The notes under the pieces were generated by a model. The model had not been told where the DNA came from. It searched no databases and was given only the letters and a program-made list of their open reading frames with translations. The translations under genes and the position numbers were made by a program. Below, one piece after another: positions 26,115-38,122 of a DNA stretch of 64,000 bases (positions within the stretch are counted from its first letter, which is position 1; each line of letters begins with the position of its first letter). The stretch spans positions 1 to 64,000 of the forward strand of contig JBEWZL010000289.1 in assembly GCA_045837725.1 (NCBI GenBank), given 5' to 3'. The DNA is from Vermamoeba vermiformis (taxonomy: Eukaryota).

Positions 26115-27486
26115 TTAATTAAATCGTAATTCTTTTAACTTACTTTCCATCGCACTCCGTAACTTTTCGTGCTTAAATTCGTTATTGGTTACTTTATGAT
26201 AGAAATCATGAGATTGAATCAACAGGTGTATCTCTGGAGCATCGAATATCTTGGCCCTATCTAATGTCCTGTGAAACACTTTATAAATGACTGGTGAATT
26301 GATCACTAGGACCAAAAATTCAACAAGAGCCGCTGAAAGTTCGTCAGAGCGCCAATGATGCATGGTCAGATAATTAATGTTGTACTTCATGAACGATGTG
26401 TCGAACCGGATCTTGGTGTGATCCAAATTTTTGAGAATGAATGATAAGATTTGAGGGTGTAAGTAGATTATATGGTGATAGTAACGCCCTCGGCATGATG
26501 TTGTTGTATTATTTGAATAAATAACTGTATGAAATATTTGAAGCAAATCCACGCACGCTTCGCTAAAAAGATTCGTATTAATAATTGCCACAACATATTT
26601 AAAAGTGTTATAATATTTGATTCCTTATTAACGTACTGAGGGAGTGTGATCTTCTGAAGAAGCTGATTTAATTTCCGTTTTTGGTTGCACACCATTGGGT
26701 TTCGACGCCAAATTGAAATATCAAGAAAATAGTACTTCAATAGCGCCACCATTATATCGCTATTGATTTTTGATACGTCTTTGAGGTCTGCGTAGCATTC
26801 GAAGCATGCACTAATGAAACTGATCGAACAACTCGCGAGATCATCTTTCAACATTCGCTTTAGAACGGCTTCTCCGTATTTTGTTTTCCTCATAAAGAAT
26901 TCTAATGTACTTTTCATGGAAATGATGGTATTAGCCTTGTTGAACTTCAAATAGAACATTGGTGGTTCGTGATCCACATTCAACTCGTTGATAAAGTCTT
27001 CACTACAACGTTTCATAATACAGCTATAGTAAATATCGCTATATTAGTTACTTTTATATAAAAAAGCTGGATCTGAAACAAAAGACTTACTCGATCGCTT
27101 GAATTCGACCGAACTGACACGCAAAATGAAGGATATTGTTGTTATTATCTTTGCTTCGCCACTTTAGTACTTCATCTACGACTTGGTTGAATTCTAGAAG
27201 ACGCAGTAAATACTGCTGCATCGTTTTCTTCGGCCAAATATTTGATAGAATTGACACAATAAATTCCACAGCTTCAAATAAGTTATTAGAATGCTTTATA
27301 TTCATATTATAATATTTAATATTTATTCAGATGATTATTTCGAATTTTGAAGGCATACCAATTGATAACGGATCTCCACTCAATAAATCTTTTCTTTTTG
27401 TCAACTTATAAATATTTCCATAATAGCGCTGAAGCTCGCCGTTCGTTTATTATTGCCCGAATTTCATCCTGAAAATTATCTGTCAT
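26115..27486 (-). CDS. Hypothetical protein with ankyrin-like repeat
   Basis: DNNNNILHFACQFGRIQAIE ankyrin-like motif; overlapping ORFs imply frameshifts. Confidence 0.4.
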
Positions 27487-27774
27487 GATTTCGCGCGGGA
27501 GAGAAGATGCGTCACTACGAATCTGTTGTCTTTGTCGGCACAATAATGCAAGTTTAAGCCAAACTATTACGTCGTTACACAACAGGGCCAATGGTGCTCT
27601 ACGTCAATGGCCTTTGTTTGAAAGAGAAAAAATGGAGAATGTTTTAAACGTCAAAAATGAACCAAATCGGCCGCAGATCCAGCCATATCCTTTGATTAGG
27701 TGTGCTTTTTATAAAATCATGAGTGAATATTTACGCAGTAGTTCATTGTTTATTCTTTAGTAAAGCAGTTTAAC

Positions 27775-29991
27775 TTAAGCTCGGATCGGTGTTAGTTTTG
27801 CGAGCACAGGGCTAACAGGAAGAGGTGTGCCAGGATTAGCTTCCCAATTAGGTTCAGGAACATCTGACTCGATGGTAACGTCGTATTTTCTATTGAAATA
27901 GGCGTACCTTAATTAGAAAAATAACAAAAAAATTAGATCGGGTTCGTCTTACGAATACAAGTTGACCATAAATTTGACGACGAAGAGCATCACAAATTTC
28001 TTGCCCACGCAGGTCCAGAGGCCAGAACCGAACGGGTATTGAATGCCTTTCAGATCCGGTTGACGGAAAGGATCCCACTTTATAGAACGAAGTTTAGTAT
28101 GCGATGGCTTTATATTACCATTTTTACCTGACGAGGATTAGGTACGATGCTAGGATCATTGGTTAAGGCCATATTTGAGCCCATAAAGGTCGTGCCAACG
28201 GGGATTTTGTACCCGCCGAACTCCATTGGTTTCAGGGTCGTTCTATTCATAAGAAATTAATATCATGAGCTATACTAACCAAAAGATAGCAATAGGTGCC
28301 ACTGGCAAGCGTTAAATTACCTAGAAGGCACGTTCAAATTGGTGTACATGCGAATAGACTCCTTGATACAGTCCTGCAAGAAGGGCTGTTTCACGCTCTT
28401 GTCTTTCCTTACATCTTCGCGTACACGTTGCCTATACTAGTATTAATTATCTACTCGAGACCTACATGCGTAAATATGACGTACATTGCTTTAGGATTCT
28501 TTGCCAAGTGAGAAATAGTCCATCCAAGTGCACCTGAAAACACGGTTATAAAAAGGAGAATTTTTCTTAAAATCGTACCATTCGTGTTAGAGTGGCCGGC
28601 GAGGGCAATAGAAACGATGTGGGCAATAATATACTAAATATATGTTAGCTCGTTCTGGTAGACGTGGATCTGGCATACCTCGTACGGAGCCTTGTCAAAG
28701 GCATTGAGTTTACTCAAGACATTGACATACGTTCCTTCCTTTATAACCATTGATTAATTGATCGTTACTAGCCTAATATAATAAGTGATCCTAACCCTTG
28801 ACTTACTTCGTATTGATCGTTTTCTTTGATGAATTGCGTGACCATGTTATACAACTTGGTGCGACTTTCGCTGGCTTTCTTTGGAGCACCAACAGGCAAC
28901 CACGGTGCGAAAATGTTGAGTGGCATAATGGCTGTATGTATATTAGTTATGTACGAATGCAATAGCGAAATTTAAGTACCGTAAGTTTGAAGCTTGATGT
29001 AGTGATCCACGGCTTGAGCGCCATATTGATTCATGAATTTCTTGCCCAAGGCAATGCGAAACATGACATTCAGCACGACGTGCTCGCACGCGTCGAACAA
29101 ATCGAACTAAAAATAGCAAAGCAAGGTTAAGCGAGATTTCAGAGGAAAAAGTATATAAATTGGTATACGCATTGCGTACCTTGTTTGAAGAGGCCCAATC
29201 AGCGATATATCCCGGCAACATTTCATCGGTCCATTGGTCAAAATATTCCAATTGTCTGTCGGTCAAATAACCTTCTTTCATCCATTGTACAGTCGTGTCA
29301 CCGTACTTCAACAACATTGATTTCGGCAAGCCAAGCACCGCATGAACGGCGCCAATAACGCCTCTATAGAATATAATTAATATTCATAATAACAGTATTA
29401 TATGACGAGATAGGACGTACTTTTGGCGGTCGACAAGATCTGGTCCCCAAGTGTATAAAGTGTTCACCAATTTAGGATCGATCAAGTACGTGAATTTTGA
29501 AATGAACAAGTTGAGGGTAAAGACTGGGCCGTACTGCGGAAAAAATTAAAATTAATACGGCGCACGGAGGGTTCGGGGCGGTCCTGGATCTAATATTCCG
29601 CTTGACGCGTGTCATTTTGTGACTGAAATGCTGCGTCCCTTTTTGTAGGCGAAGGTGATATGGGTATTTTTTAATATTACAATAATTTATCGATTAAAAA
29701 ATTGATCTGAAAGGCGGAAAAAATGACCCAGATCCAGGCTCCTAATATTTTGAAAAAATCAATGCAATACCTTTTTTTTAAGAGACTGTAATGTATTGAT
29801 TGGGTCTTTACTGAATTCCATCGCAGGAGGCTTGAATGGGTTGCCTGAAGAAGCCTCAGGAGGACATCCAAGCGAACGAATCTGGATCCGTGTTAATACG
29901 CGAACAGAATCCGAATGTGAATTACCTTATTAATGAGAAATACTAATACGAGTATAATTGAAACTGTTCCTAATATCCACAAAATTGACAT
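27775..29991 (-). CDS. Cytochrome P450
   Basis: N-terminal anchor MSILWILGTVSIILVLVFLINK; I-helix IALAGHSNTNG; KESIR (ExxR); heme motif PFGSGLWTCVG; multi-exon. Confidence 0.88.
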
Positions 29992-30150
29992 TTTGTATTT
30001 GGGTTAGCTTGCTTGAGTGTTAGTGGTGTGGCGTCAATTAAAAATAAATGATAAATCAACGCACAAATCTGATTTCATTGTTTTGAAATCTTCAAAAGTT
30101 ATTCCGCAACAAATATCAACTTTCGTTGAATACGTACATCTCGCGTGGCT

Positions 30151-33100
30151 TTATTTTTCATGAAAGATCGTTTCAGTCTCGAGCAAGCGGCGCACGAACT
30201 TCTCCACAGAAGGCTTGTCTATCTCCGGGTATGTGATTTCAGGCGCGTGAGTTGAAACATTGGTCTGATCCACCGACCAAGATTCATCTACGTAAATGTC
30301 AGCACTAATAACAATAATACTCATATATAGGAATCTAATAGATTTGTTATATTGAATTGTGATCTTTAAATGTGCAAATTAAATGAAGAATCTTCCTTGG
30401 CGTGTGTTGCAAAACGTCTAATTACTAAATTTAGATTGTGTGATCTAAAATAAATTGCAATCCACGCCAAAATATTATTAGTCTTAGACGTACCTGAAGG
30501 AATGCCCTTAGCGAAGTATAATAAACAGGTCAAGTGAGTTCGTCTCGGCGAATCCACGGCAGTGTTGTTGATTTCAGTCTGTACTAGCTTGATCCACTGA
30601 GGGAACAAGACCCGTTTGGTTAAGTTTTTCAAATTTTCGTTCCACAGATCCGCTGTTTTGAGCAAGTTTCCTTCCGCCGACATCCGCGCTTGCGAAACAA
30701 ACTCAAAAAATTGTTCGCTGCTGATAAGTGAAGTGCTCGTCAAATGGAAGTTCTTGTTCAGCGGTTGTTTGCCTAATATGGCCATCGCTTTGGCTGCAGA
30801 ATCCACGGAACCAAAGTTGAACTTGGATCTGGCCTGCGGAGCTTTGCCCATCAAAATACTTCCGACCACTAAATGATGCAGCCAATCTTGGGGATTGAAT
30901 GCGCCATTCTCGGTTGACCAGGTGATTAGACCAGGTCTAAAAATGTTCACAATAACCCCTCGTTGTCGCGCCTCTTGTAAAATTTTCTCCGCGACCTATT
31001 AACTTGCGTTAATTTTTTGAGTCTAAAAATGGCATTAGATGTGACTTACCCATTTTGTTTGATTATAGCCGCCAAGACTTTGCAAATTATTCGTTTCAAT
31101 GTCGGTGTCTTCTTTAAGGACCGTTGTTTTGCCCGAGAAAACTCCGAGGGTCGAAGCGTAATTGACGAGCTTCAATTTCTTCGTGCAGGCAAATCGCACA
31201 ATATCAACGACGCTATCCACATTCGCTGCCTTCATTTTTCTATAGGGTAGAATGTGATTGACCGTCGCTCCGATGTGGAAAATGACGTCAACTTCTGCAG
31301 CCAAAGCGTCGTGAACCTCGTGCTCAAGGCCAAAATTTCTCTTCTCCAAGTCTCCAGCGAGAGGTTTCACACGCTCCATGATCTTCTCGGCATCAAGTCC
31401 GTGCGAAACAAACGTGTTTTTGAGTCGTACAAAAGCTCTCTCGTTATCGTTAGCCCTGACAAGGCAATAGATTCTAGCGTTCTCGTAGGCAGGATCTTTC
31501 AGCAGATAATTCACTACAAAGGAGCCAATGAAGCCTGTAGCTCCCGTGACAAACACACTGTTCAATGAAAACTGCTTGGAGCTCTCTGCGGGTGGCTGAA
31601 TATCGCTGTCGAGAGCAATGTCTTGTCGCATTTGAATGGCTTGTTCGAGTGCTGTATTGTGGTTGTTAACATTGACATTGTTGATGCTGGAAGTAATTGT
31701 AGCAGCAATATCGGACATTGATGAGTTCGAATACAACGCTTCGAGAGACAGATCCACATTGAAATTTTGTTTCACTAATGCCACCAGTTTAATTGCACTG
31801 AGTGAGTCGCCTCCTATTAAAGCATTATAGCTTAGTTTTCATATCGATCAATAAAATGCTATACTTACCCAACGCCGTGAAGTTCGATTTGTCTTTCAGC
31901 GCTTCAACACCGTTTGTGCCCAGCACCTCGTTCATAATCCTACAACATAATAAGTAGCGTTAGTAAAAAGTCAAGGCAAGAAACTTTGAATAACACTTAC
32001 AATTGTAGCTGCTGTTGTGTGGATTGTTCACCGAGTTGTAACAATACTTCGTTTACTAACGGACGATAAAGCTTGTCAAGCACTGGACGACACTTCCTGA
32101 TAAACGATTGTGAGTTGAATGAATTATTAATATTGGTGTATCTTACTTGCTAGACGAAGTCATCTTTCCGTTTTGAACGGTCCATTCAACTGGATCCAAC
32201 ACGACGGCGCAGGGGATCTCGAAACTACGCAGCTTTTTCTTCTGTCCGATCTCAATTAAATTACGCAAGATGAATTCTTTGGCCTCTTTTGTGGCGCATA
32301 ATGCGGTGAAATCCCCAGCTAAACATAAAAATTTTAATTAAATTAACCCGCTAACTTTCGTTAGTGTCACCTACCGATACCCTTGTCAGCGGCCCATTTC
32401 ATCAATAGGACTTGATTAGGCACTATAACTGCTGTGACTGAGGTCTGCAATATGCCCAAGTTACTGTCGCCACACGTGATCAATATCTGTTCGACGTAAG
32501 GCGAGTCCAAGTACACCGTTTCAAGTGGCTCCGGTGACACGAATTCTCCTTGCGACAATTTGAAGATATTTTTCTTCCTGTCAATTATACGAACATTTCG
32601 TGGGCCCAGTTGCTCCACAATATCTCCGGTGCGGAAGTACCCTTCTTCGTCGAAATTTCGCTGGGTATCTTCGGTATTGTTGAAGTAGCCTTTGACACTT
32701 GACGAACTTTTGACCAATAACTCTCCTTTTGGCGGATTGTCCGTTGTAAAGTAACCCATTTCAGGCACGTCAAGCAACTTGAACACGACGCCATAGCGTA
32801 CATTGCCTTTATCATCAGCAATATTTCCAACCTCTAATAAACGCTTGAGCACCCATTATTATACATTCTATATAGAACCTACCTGTTGTTCCGTATCCTT
32901 CACGAACGGATGCGGTTTTGAAACATTCAATGCAAAAGGCTTTAACGATTGGATTGACAGCGGCACCACCTGCAAATATAATTAGCCTTTGTGTAGCATA
33001 AATGGTTGATTGAAGCATACCCATGCCAATACTCGTGATTCTATTGCCCAATATTCCTGAAAATTTGTTGATCACGGCACGTCTAATTTCACCTTTTTGT

Positions 33101-34890
33101 TCGGTGGTAAGGGAAGGCAATCCCAATGAAACCATTAACGATCGTTCTTCAATCGCCAAAGCCTTCTTGAACTCGTTGTAAATGACGTCGTAGAATCTTG
33201 GTGTCGAGTCAATGAAACTAGGTTGAACCAACAAAACATCGACATAAACCGTACGAGGATCGTTGCTGATGCCTATTCGACCTCCGTTGATCAGCACACT
33301 GTAATAATACAGCGTTAGTATTTGTACTGCTACAATTGAATGAAAAACACTTTGTCTTACGTGAGAGTGACTTCTCGATCCGATATGTGAGCCAGTGAAT
33401 CTAATAGCCTAGTTTAGTAATTGTAATATCATGTTGTCTATCAGCATGTCTTTCATTAAATTAAGGTCAACGCAATTTTGAAGGGAAATCGCGTACCTTT
33501 GCTGACTCCCACGAGTGGATCTTCAGGGTACCTTCCTTCGCTCAATAAAGTACGCCTAAAAACGAAGTTAACTTTGCTATTATTTCTTTCTTGTTACTAA
33601 GTACGTACCATATTTTATCAGTAATCATCGCGCCCTTAGGTCTGCCAGTACTCCCACTCGTGTAAATCAACGTGGCCAATTGTTCGGGATCTCTTTTACG
33701 CGGCTCGCTTGGCACTTCTTTGCCGAGCTGTTCGAATTCAGCCAGCGTGTACAACAGTTTCTTATTCTCTCGTTTAGTTTCAGCAATGACAGCCTTTTCT
33801 TGTTCTGAGTAATCTGCTTGGTCCATTTGCACGAGCAATTCTAATTGCGGACAATGGTTCACTGCCTCTAAATACATCGGAACCAGATCCGAACTGCACA
33901 CGACTGCCTGAAGAAAGAATAAGAAAAAAGCCTAATAAGTACAAATATGCCACAATGTGTTACTTGCCTTCACATTGGCGTTATTTATGATAAATGTGGC
34001 GTCTTCTTCTTTCAAAGCAAAATGCAATGGCACAGTCACGTACGAATACATCTGACACGCGAGATCGGTCATGAACCATTCCACGCAATTGCGAGAGGAG
34101 ACACCGATGTGAGATTGAGCCGGAAATTTCGCTACAAGTGCTGTGATTGGCTGTTAGCGCATCCATCCAAAACAAGCACGATATTCCAAATATGGACGTA
34201 CCTGCGCCAATGTTCCTCACACGAGCTTCAACTTGCTGAAAAGTGAGCCATTTGTACTCGTACTTGTGAATATTAGCAAACAGCTCTTCTTGACTTCCCT
34301 CCACGTAATCATCTGCCGTCACAATTTTTCCACCCTCTTTTTCCACTTTGTAGCCGAGACAAGGACGATGCGGGAACGCTTTACCAAAAAAGGCAATATT
34401 AATTTCACTCAAACAAAAGAGATCTCACGTTATTAGTATTACCTTTAAACATTTTCACGAAGAGGTCGCAGAGTGACTTTGTGTCTTGCGTAATCTGCAG
34501 GAAAATAATATTATTAGCTTAGTTGCCAAATATGGTAATGACTCCTTGTCAAAAGTGCCTTACCTCTTTCCAAACCGCTTCATGCGATAAAATAGGTTCA
34601 GGTACCATCACGTGGTCGTGGCCGTTTGCTGCGTAACATTGCTCGCACAAATCATAGTTGACGCATTCAGTGCAATGTTGACGCGTTTCGTGACCTATCC
34701 CCAACCAATATCAGTTATTATGTAATTTAAAAACGAAAAAACTTCATCGCGATCCAGCGTTTGAAATTTGGTAAATTGGCGGTTAAGGCTTACGTTCGAA
34801 TTCTCTGTTGCAAGCATTGCATTTAAAACAATGAGGCCATTTTTGAGCATCACCATTCACGTCTTCTTTAATTATGGTTTCAATTTTTTC
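30151..34890 (-). CDS. Carboxylic-acid-reductase-like NRPS-like enzyme (adenylation-PCP-thioester reductase) with N-terminal ZZ zinc finger
   Basis: A domain YTSGSTGRPKG, GYGTT(E), YFRTGDI; PCP FTALG|GDSLSA; R domain VFVTGATGFIG, YNQTKW; 5' exons CFKCNAC...RQHCTECVNYDLCEQCYAANGHDH; start codon unresolved. Confidence 0.85.
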
Positions 34891-35377
34891 GTTTAATGTC
34901 TTTTCTCGTCCCTGAACCGACGTTAATCGAAAATTTCAATTATTTTATAGTTGATCTTACTAATAATAATTTTCTTTCAAAGTCTCTTTCTTTTGTGGCA
35001 AATTCTTTAATAGTCTCGTTGGTAAGTTCTAAAAATTAAATCAGAAAATTAGCGCGTGCCTCAAGTCTTTATTTATTTGGAAAATTCAGTAATATTGATA
35101 TTACCGATGCCTGTTGAGAGTGCAATCGAAAATTAAATTACCTTCTTGCGTTGGATTTCGTTCCTTTTCTTCGAGGGCACGTTGTTGCTCTTTACATCGC
35201 TCTAATTGTAGTCGCAATAATTCTAATCTAAAGTTAAAATGGTCTCTATTTTGAGATACTTCTTTGTCGAACATTGTTTCGTGGTCACGCGAACCCGCGC
35301 CAAAAACTGTTTTAATTTTTGATTCTGCTGGTGATATTTTATTCATTTTGACCCTTTGCAAGCACCATACAGTTGTC

Positions 35378-35824
35378 ATGGCTACTAGAAAAAGAAAGGC
35401 CGCAGAGCCTAAGCCCAAGACTACAAAGAGAGCCAAAGTGGAAGAAGATTTCGAGTTAGTAGATGCTGACAAAGAGTTTACGCTTTCTATTGAACGCTGC
35501 AATAGGTACGTAAATTTACCTAATTTTAGGAATATTAAAATAATATTTTGCACTATACTGACAATTTTTTGGTTCAACAGCTGATCCATCTACAAAACCG
35601 CCTCTAATCGCATTACAAAGGCATTGGAGACGGCGTACCCGAAGGCTAAAGTCGTGCAAAATCCTAACGGCTTGAAGCCACGAAAAGGTTCCTTTGAGGT
35701 ATCAATAGACGACGAAGTTTTGTATTCAAAATTGGATTTGCATGGTCCAGCCAAAAACAGAGACCATTTAATGGACGCAAAGTCTCTAATCGAAACTTTA
35801 AAGAAGCACTTCGATGAGGAGTAA
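35378..35824 (+). CDS. SELENOH: Selenoprotein H-like (Rdx family, CxxU)
   Basis: Exon 1 35378-35505, intron 35506-35580, exon 2 with in-frame TGA at 35582-35584: MATRKRK...IERCNS-U-SIYKT...KPRKGSFEV; N-terminal NLS-like RKRK. Confidence 0.85.
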
Positions 35825-35886
35825 TGAACTCATCGCAGTGCTGTTTTTGTGGACGTAACGCCTGGCGTTTTTTGCGGATTAAAACT

Positions 35887-35959
35887 CGAGGTGGCACGTG
35901 ACTATTGACTTGCATCAACCGCTTAACACTCGGAGCTGTCAATATGATTAACATCCTCG
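35887..35959 (+). promoter_or_regulatory. SECIS element in 3' UTR
   Basis: GTGA core at 35898-35901, helix TATTGAC/GTCAATA, apical AA, 3' TGAT; outer helix CGAGG/CCTCG. Confidence 0.8.
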
Positions 35960-36489
35960 CTTTAAACCGTTCGTCTCGTTTGGCGCGCCACACAATAAAA
36001 ATGAGATCGTAATTTAATTTAATTTATTGGTCTGTCCTATGGAAGACTGTTGAGCTTCGGGGAACTACCAGCCAAATCCAATCCAAAGGTATTTGCAATT
36101 CTTTCTCTTGTCCCCTCGTGCCACTCGGATCACGTGTCTTCAAGGAAATTTTTCACGTGGTCGTGTCTGACAGATATTTAAATTTAAAAACCGATTACTT
36201 ATTTATTGTATATACGTGATCCGGATCAAGACCACACAGTATACTTACAATCCTCATCCCAGAGCAAGAACGGAACAGCTGGGCAAATGGTTCGTGGAAA
36301 TTTGCGCATTATTTTCTTTTTTTTGGATTGGTTAATAAGTTTTATTATAGGAAACAGAACTCAAGCAAGTAAGTATTATTTACCGAATTAAATCCAATTT
36401 TTTTCTAATTTTTGAACGAAGATCTTATTAATTTATCAACCTGGTGTGCTCGACCTTCGTTTTTTGCTAATTCTTGATTAATACATAGG

Positions 36490-37733
36490 GTTTAAAACGC
36501 ACAGCTTCAGATGTCGATGCAAATGAACGGCCTACGAAGCGAGCAAGAACAGATTCAGACGGGACGGTTGCTGAATCCCGTTTCTCCTCGCTTGCAAAGG
36601 ACATTCTAACTGAGATATCGTATCACCTCGATGTTACAAGTATCAATGCAATGTTTTCTGCCTCGAAGACACTGCGCAATCACATTTCCTGGCACGCACC
36701 CGAAACTGCAGAATTTTGGCGGCAAATGGTGTTGAGAAAATATCCTGGCTACGAACTTCGATTGCCCGAAGAGCACGAAGAAGGCGACACATTGCCTTGG
36801 CGCGACATTTACATCGGTACTGAACGAAAGCTAAGTTTGGGCCGGAAACGACTTCAAAATTTTATGCAACTAGCTGGCCTAGATCCGGCGCTCTCTGACG
36901 AAGCTCAATTGCTTTCAAAAACTCACAAGATAGTAAGACTAGACGAGGAACGAATTTCAGACGAAAACTAATTCATTTCGTTAGCTTGCGAAGCTCGAGT
37001 ACCAACAGACTCTACTGGATCAAGTCGAACAATTCTTGAAAAATCACCCAACGATGCGCTCACTTTGGTACGTCATATATCACTTCATTATTTAAACAAA
37101 CTATAATTTATTTTGACAATTATTTCTTTTTTAGGGAATCACGCGTTTTTTACACATGCCACCAAGTATTCGCCGGCGTTGAGTGGAACACTGAAAACTA
37201 CAAATGGGACATGACCAACACTGCGCCAGTCAAACTGATTATAATTGGCAAGAACGGTGAAGCCTTGTTCATCGATCTGTTAACGAGCTACTTTGCGTGC
37301 TATTGGGGCTATGGTTTGCATAATCTTATGAAATCCGAGGTCATGTCCGTATTTGAAGTGAGCTCTGCGATGACATGGCACATAGATCCAGAATTCCGAT
37401 GCGGATCTAATGCCCAAAACTGCCGACGAAAGCAATGACGAAGACAAAATTATCAAAAAAATGTTGAAATCTGGGTGGAAATATGTGTCTAAACTTACCA
37501 CGGAAGAATGGAAGAAGTTATTGGACGAGATCGGCTTGACAGATGTAGATCCTGATCTGTTCGGCCAACTCATCAGGGCTGCCGGGTTCCCTGATCGCAA
37601 AACGAGCCAGTTTTATACAGAAACCACTGGATATTACGTATCGTCGAAGAGATTCATTGATTCCAGCTACTCGCTACCGGGCGTTGGTGGTGAAGCTAAG
37701 TGGGGCAGTATGCCACCCCCGAAGGTTTTATGA
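36490..37733 (+). CDS. F-box-like protein (start uncertain, probable frameshifts)
   Basis: FSSLAKDILTEISYHLDVTSINAMFSASKTLR...FWRQMVLRKYP pattern; ORFs 36651, 37211, 37410. Confidence 0.5.
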
Positions 37734-37905
37734 AGCAATAGCAAATACAATTAGTATGAAATAAACGGCTAATTTCCTCCGTCAATTTTGCTTTGCGAAT
37801 TCGTTGCATTGGAAAGAACTTTTCCGAACCTGCGTTTTCTCCCACACTGATTCAACCGAGTTAATACCGGTTGTATATTAATTTCGTATTTACAATACTA
37901 TCAAT

Positions 37906-38024
37906 GAGCTGAAAAGCTCAAATCTGCTAAAATTGAAAAGATACAGAGAAGATTAGCATGGCCCTGCGCAAGGATGACACGCAAAATCGAGAAGCCCACC
38001 CCTCGGGGTTATTTATTAATTTTT
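37906..38024 (+). ncRNA. U6: U6 spliceosomal snRNA
   Basis: 5' hairpin GAGCT-GAAA-AGCTC; ATACAGAGAAGATTAGCATGGCCCTGCGCAAGGATGACACGCAAA core; T-tract at 38020-38027. Confidence 0.95.
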
Positions 38025-38122
38025 TTTATATTTATTGGCTTCAATCAATTGCTAGCGAAATAAAAACACTTTAGCCTATTTAGTTTCCTTTCGAATTATG
38101 TACAGGTTTATTTACATTTTGA

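Noticed and set aside
35101-35589. 162-aa minus-strand ORF with hydrophobic stretch
   Set aside because: Antisense shadow of the selenoprotein H exon and its upstream region
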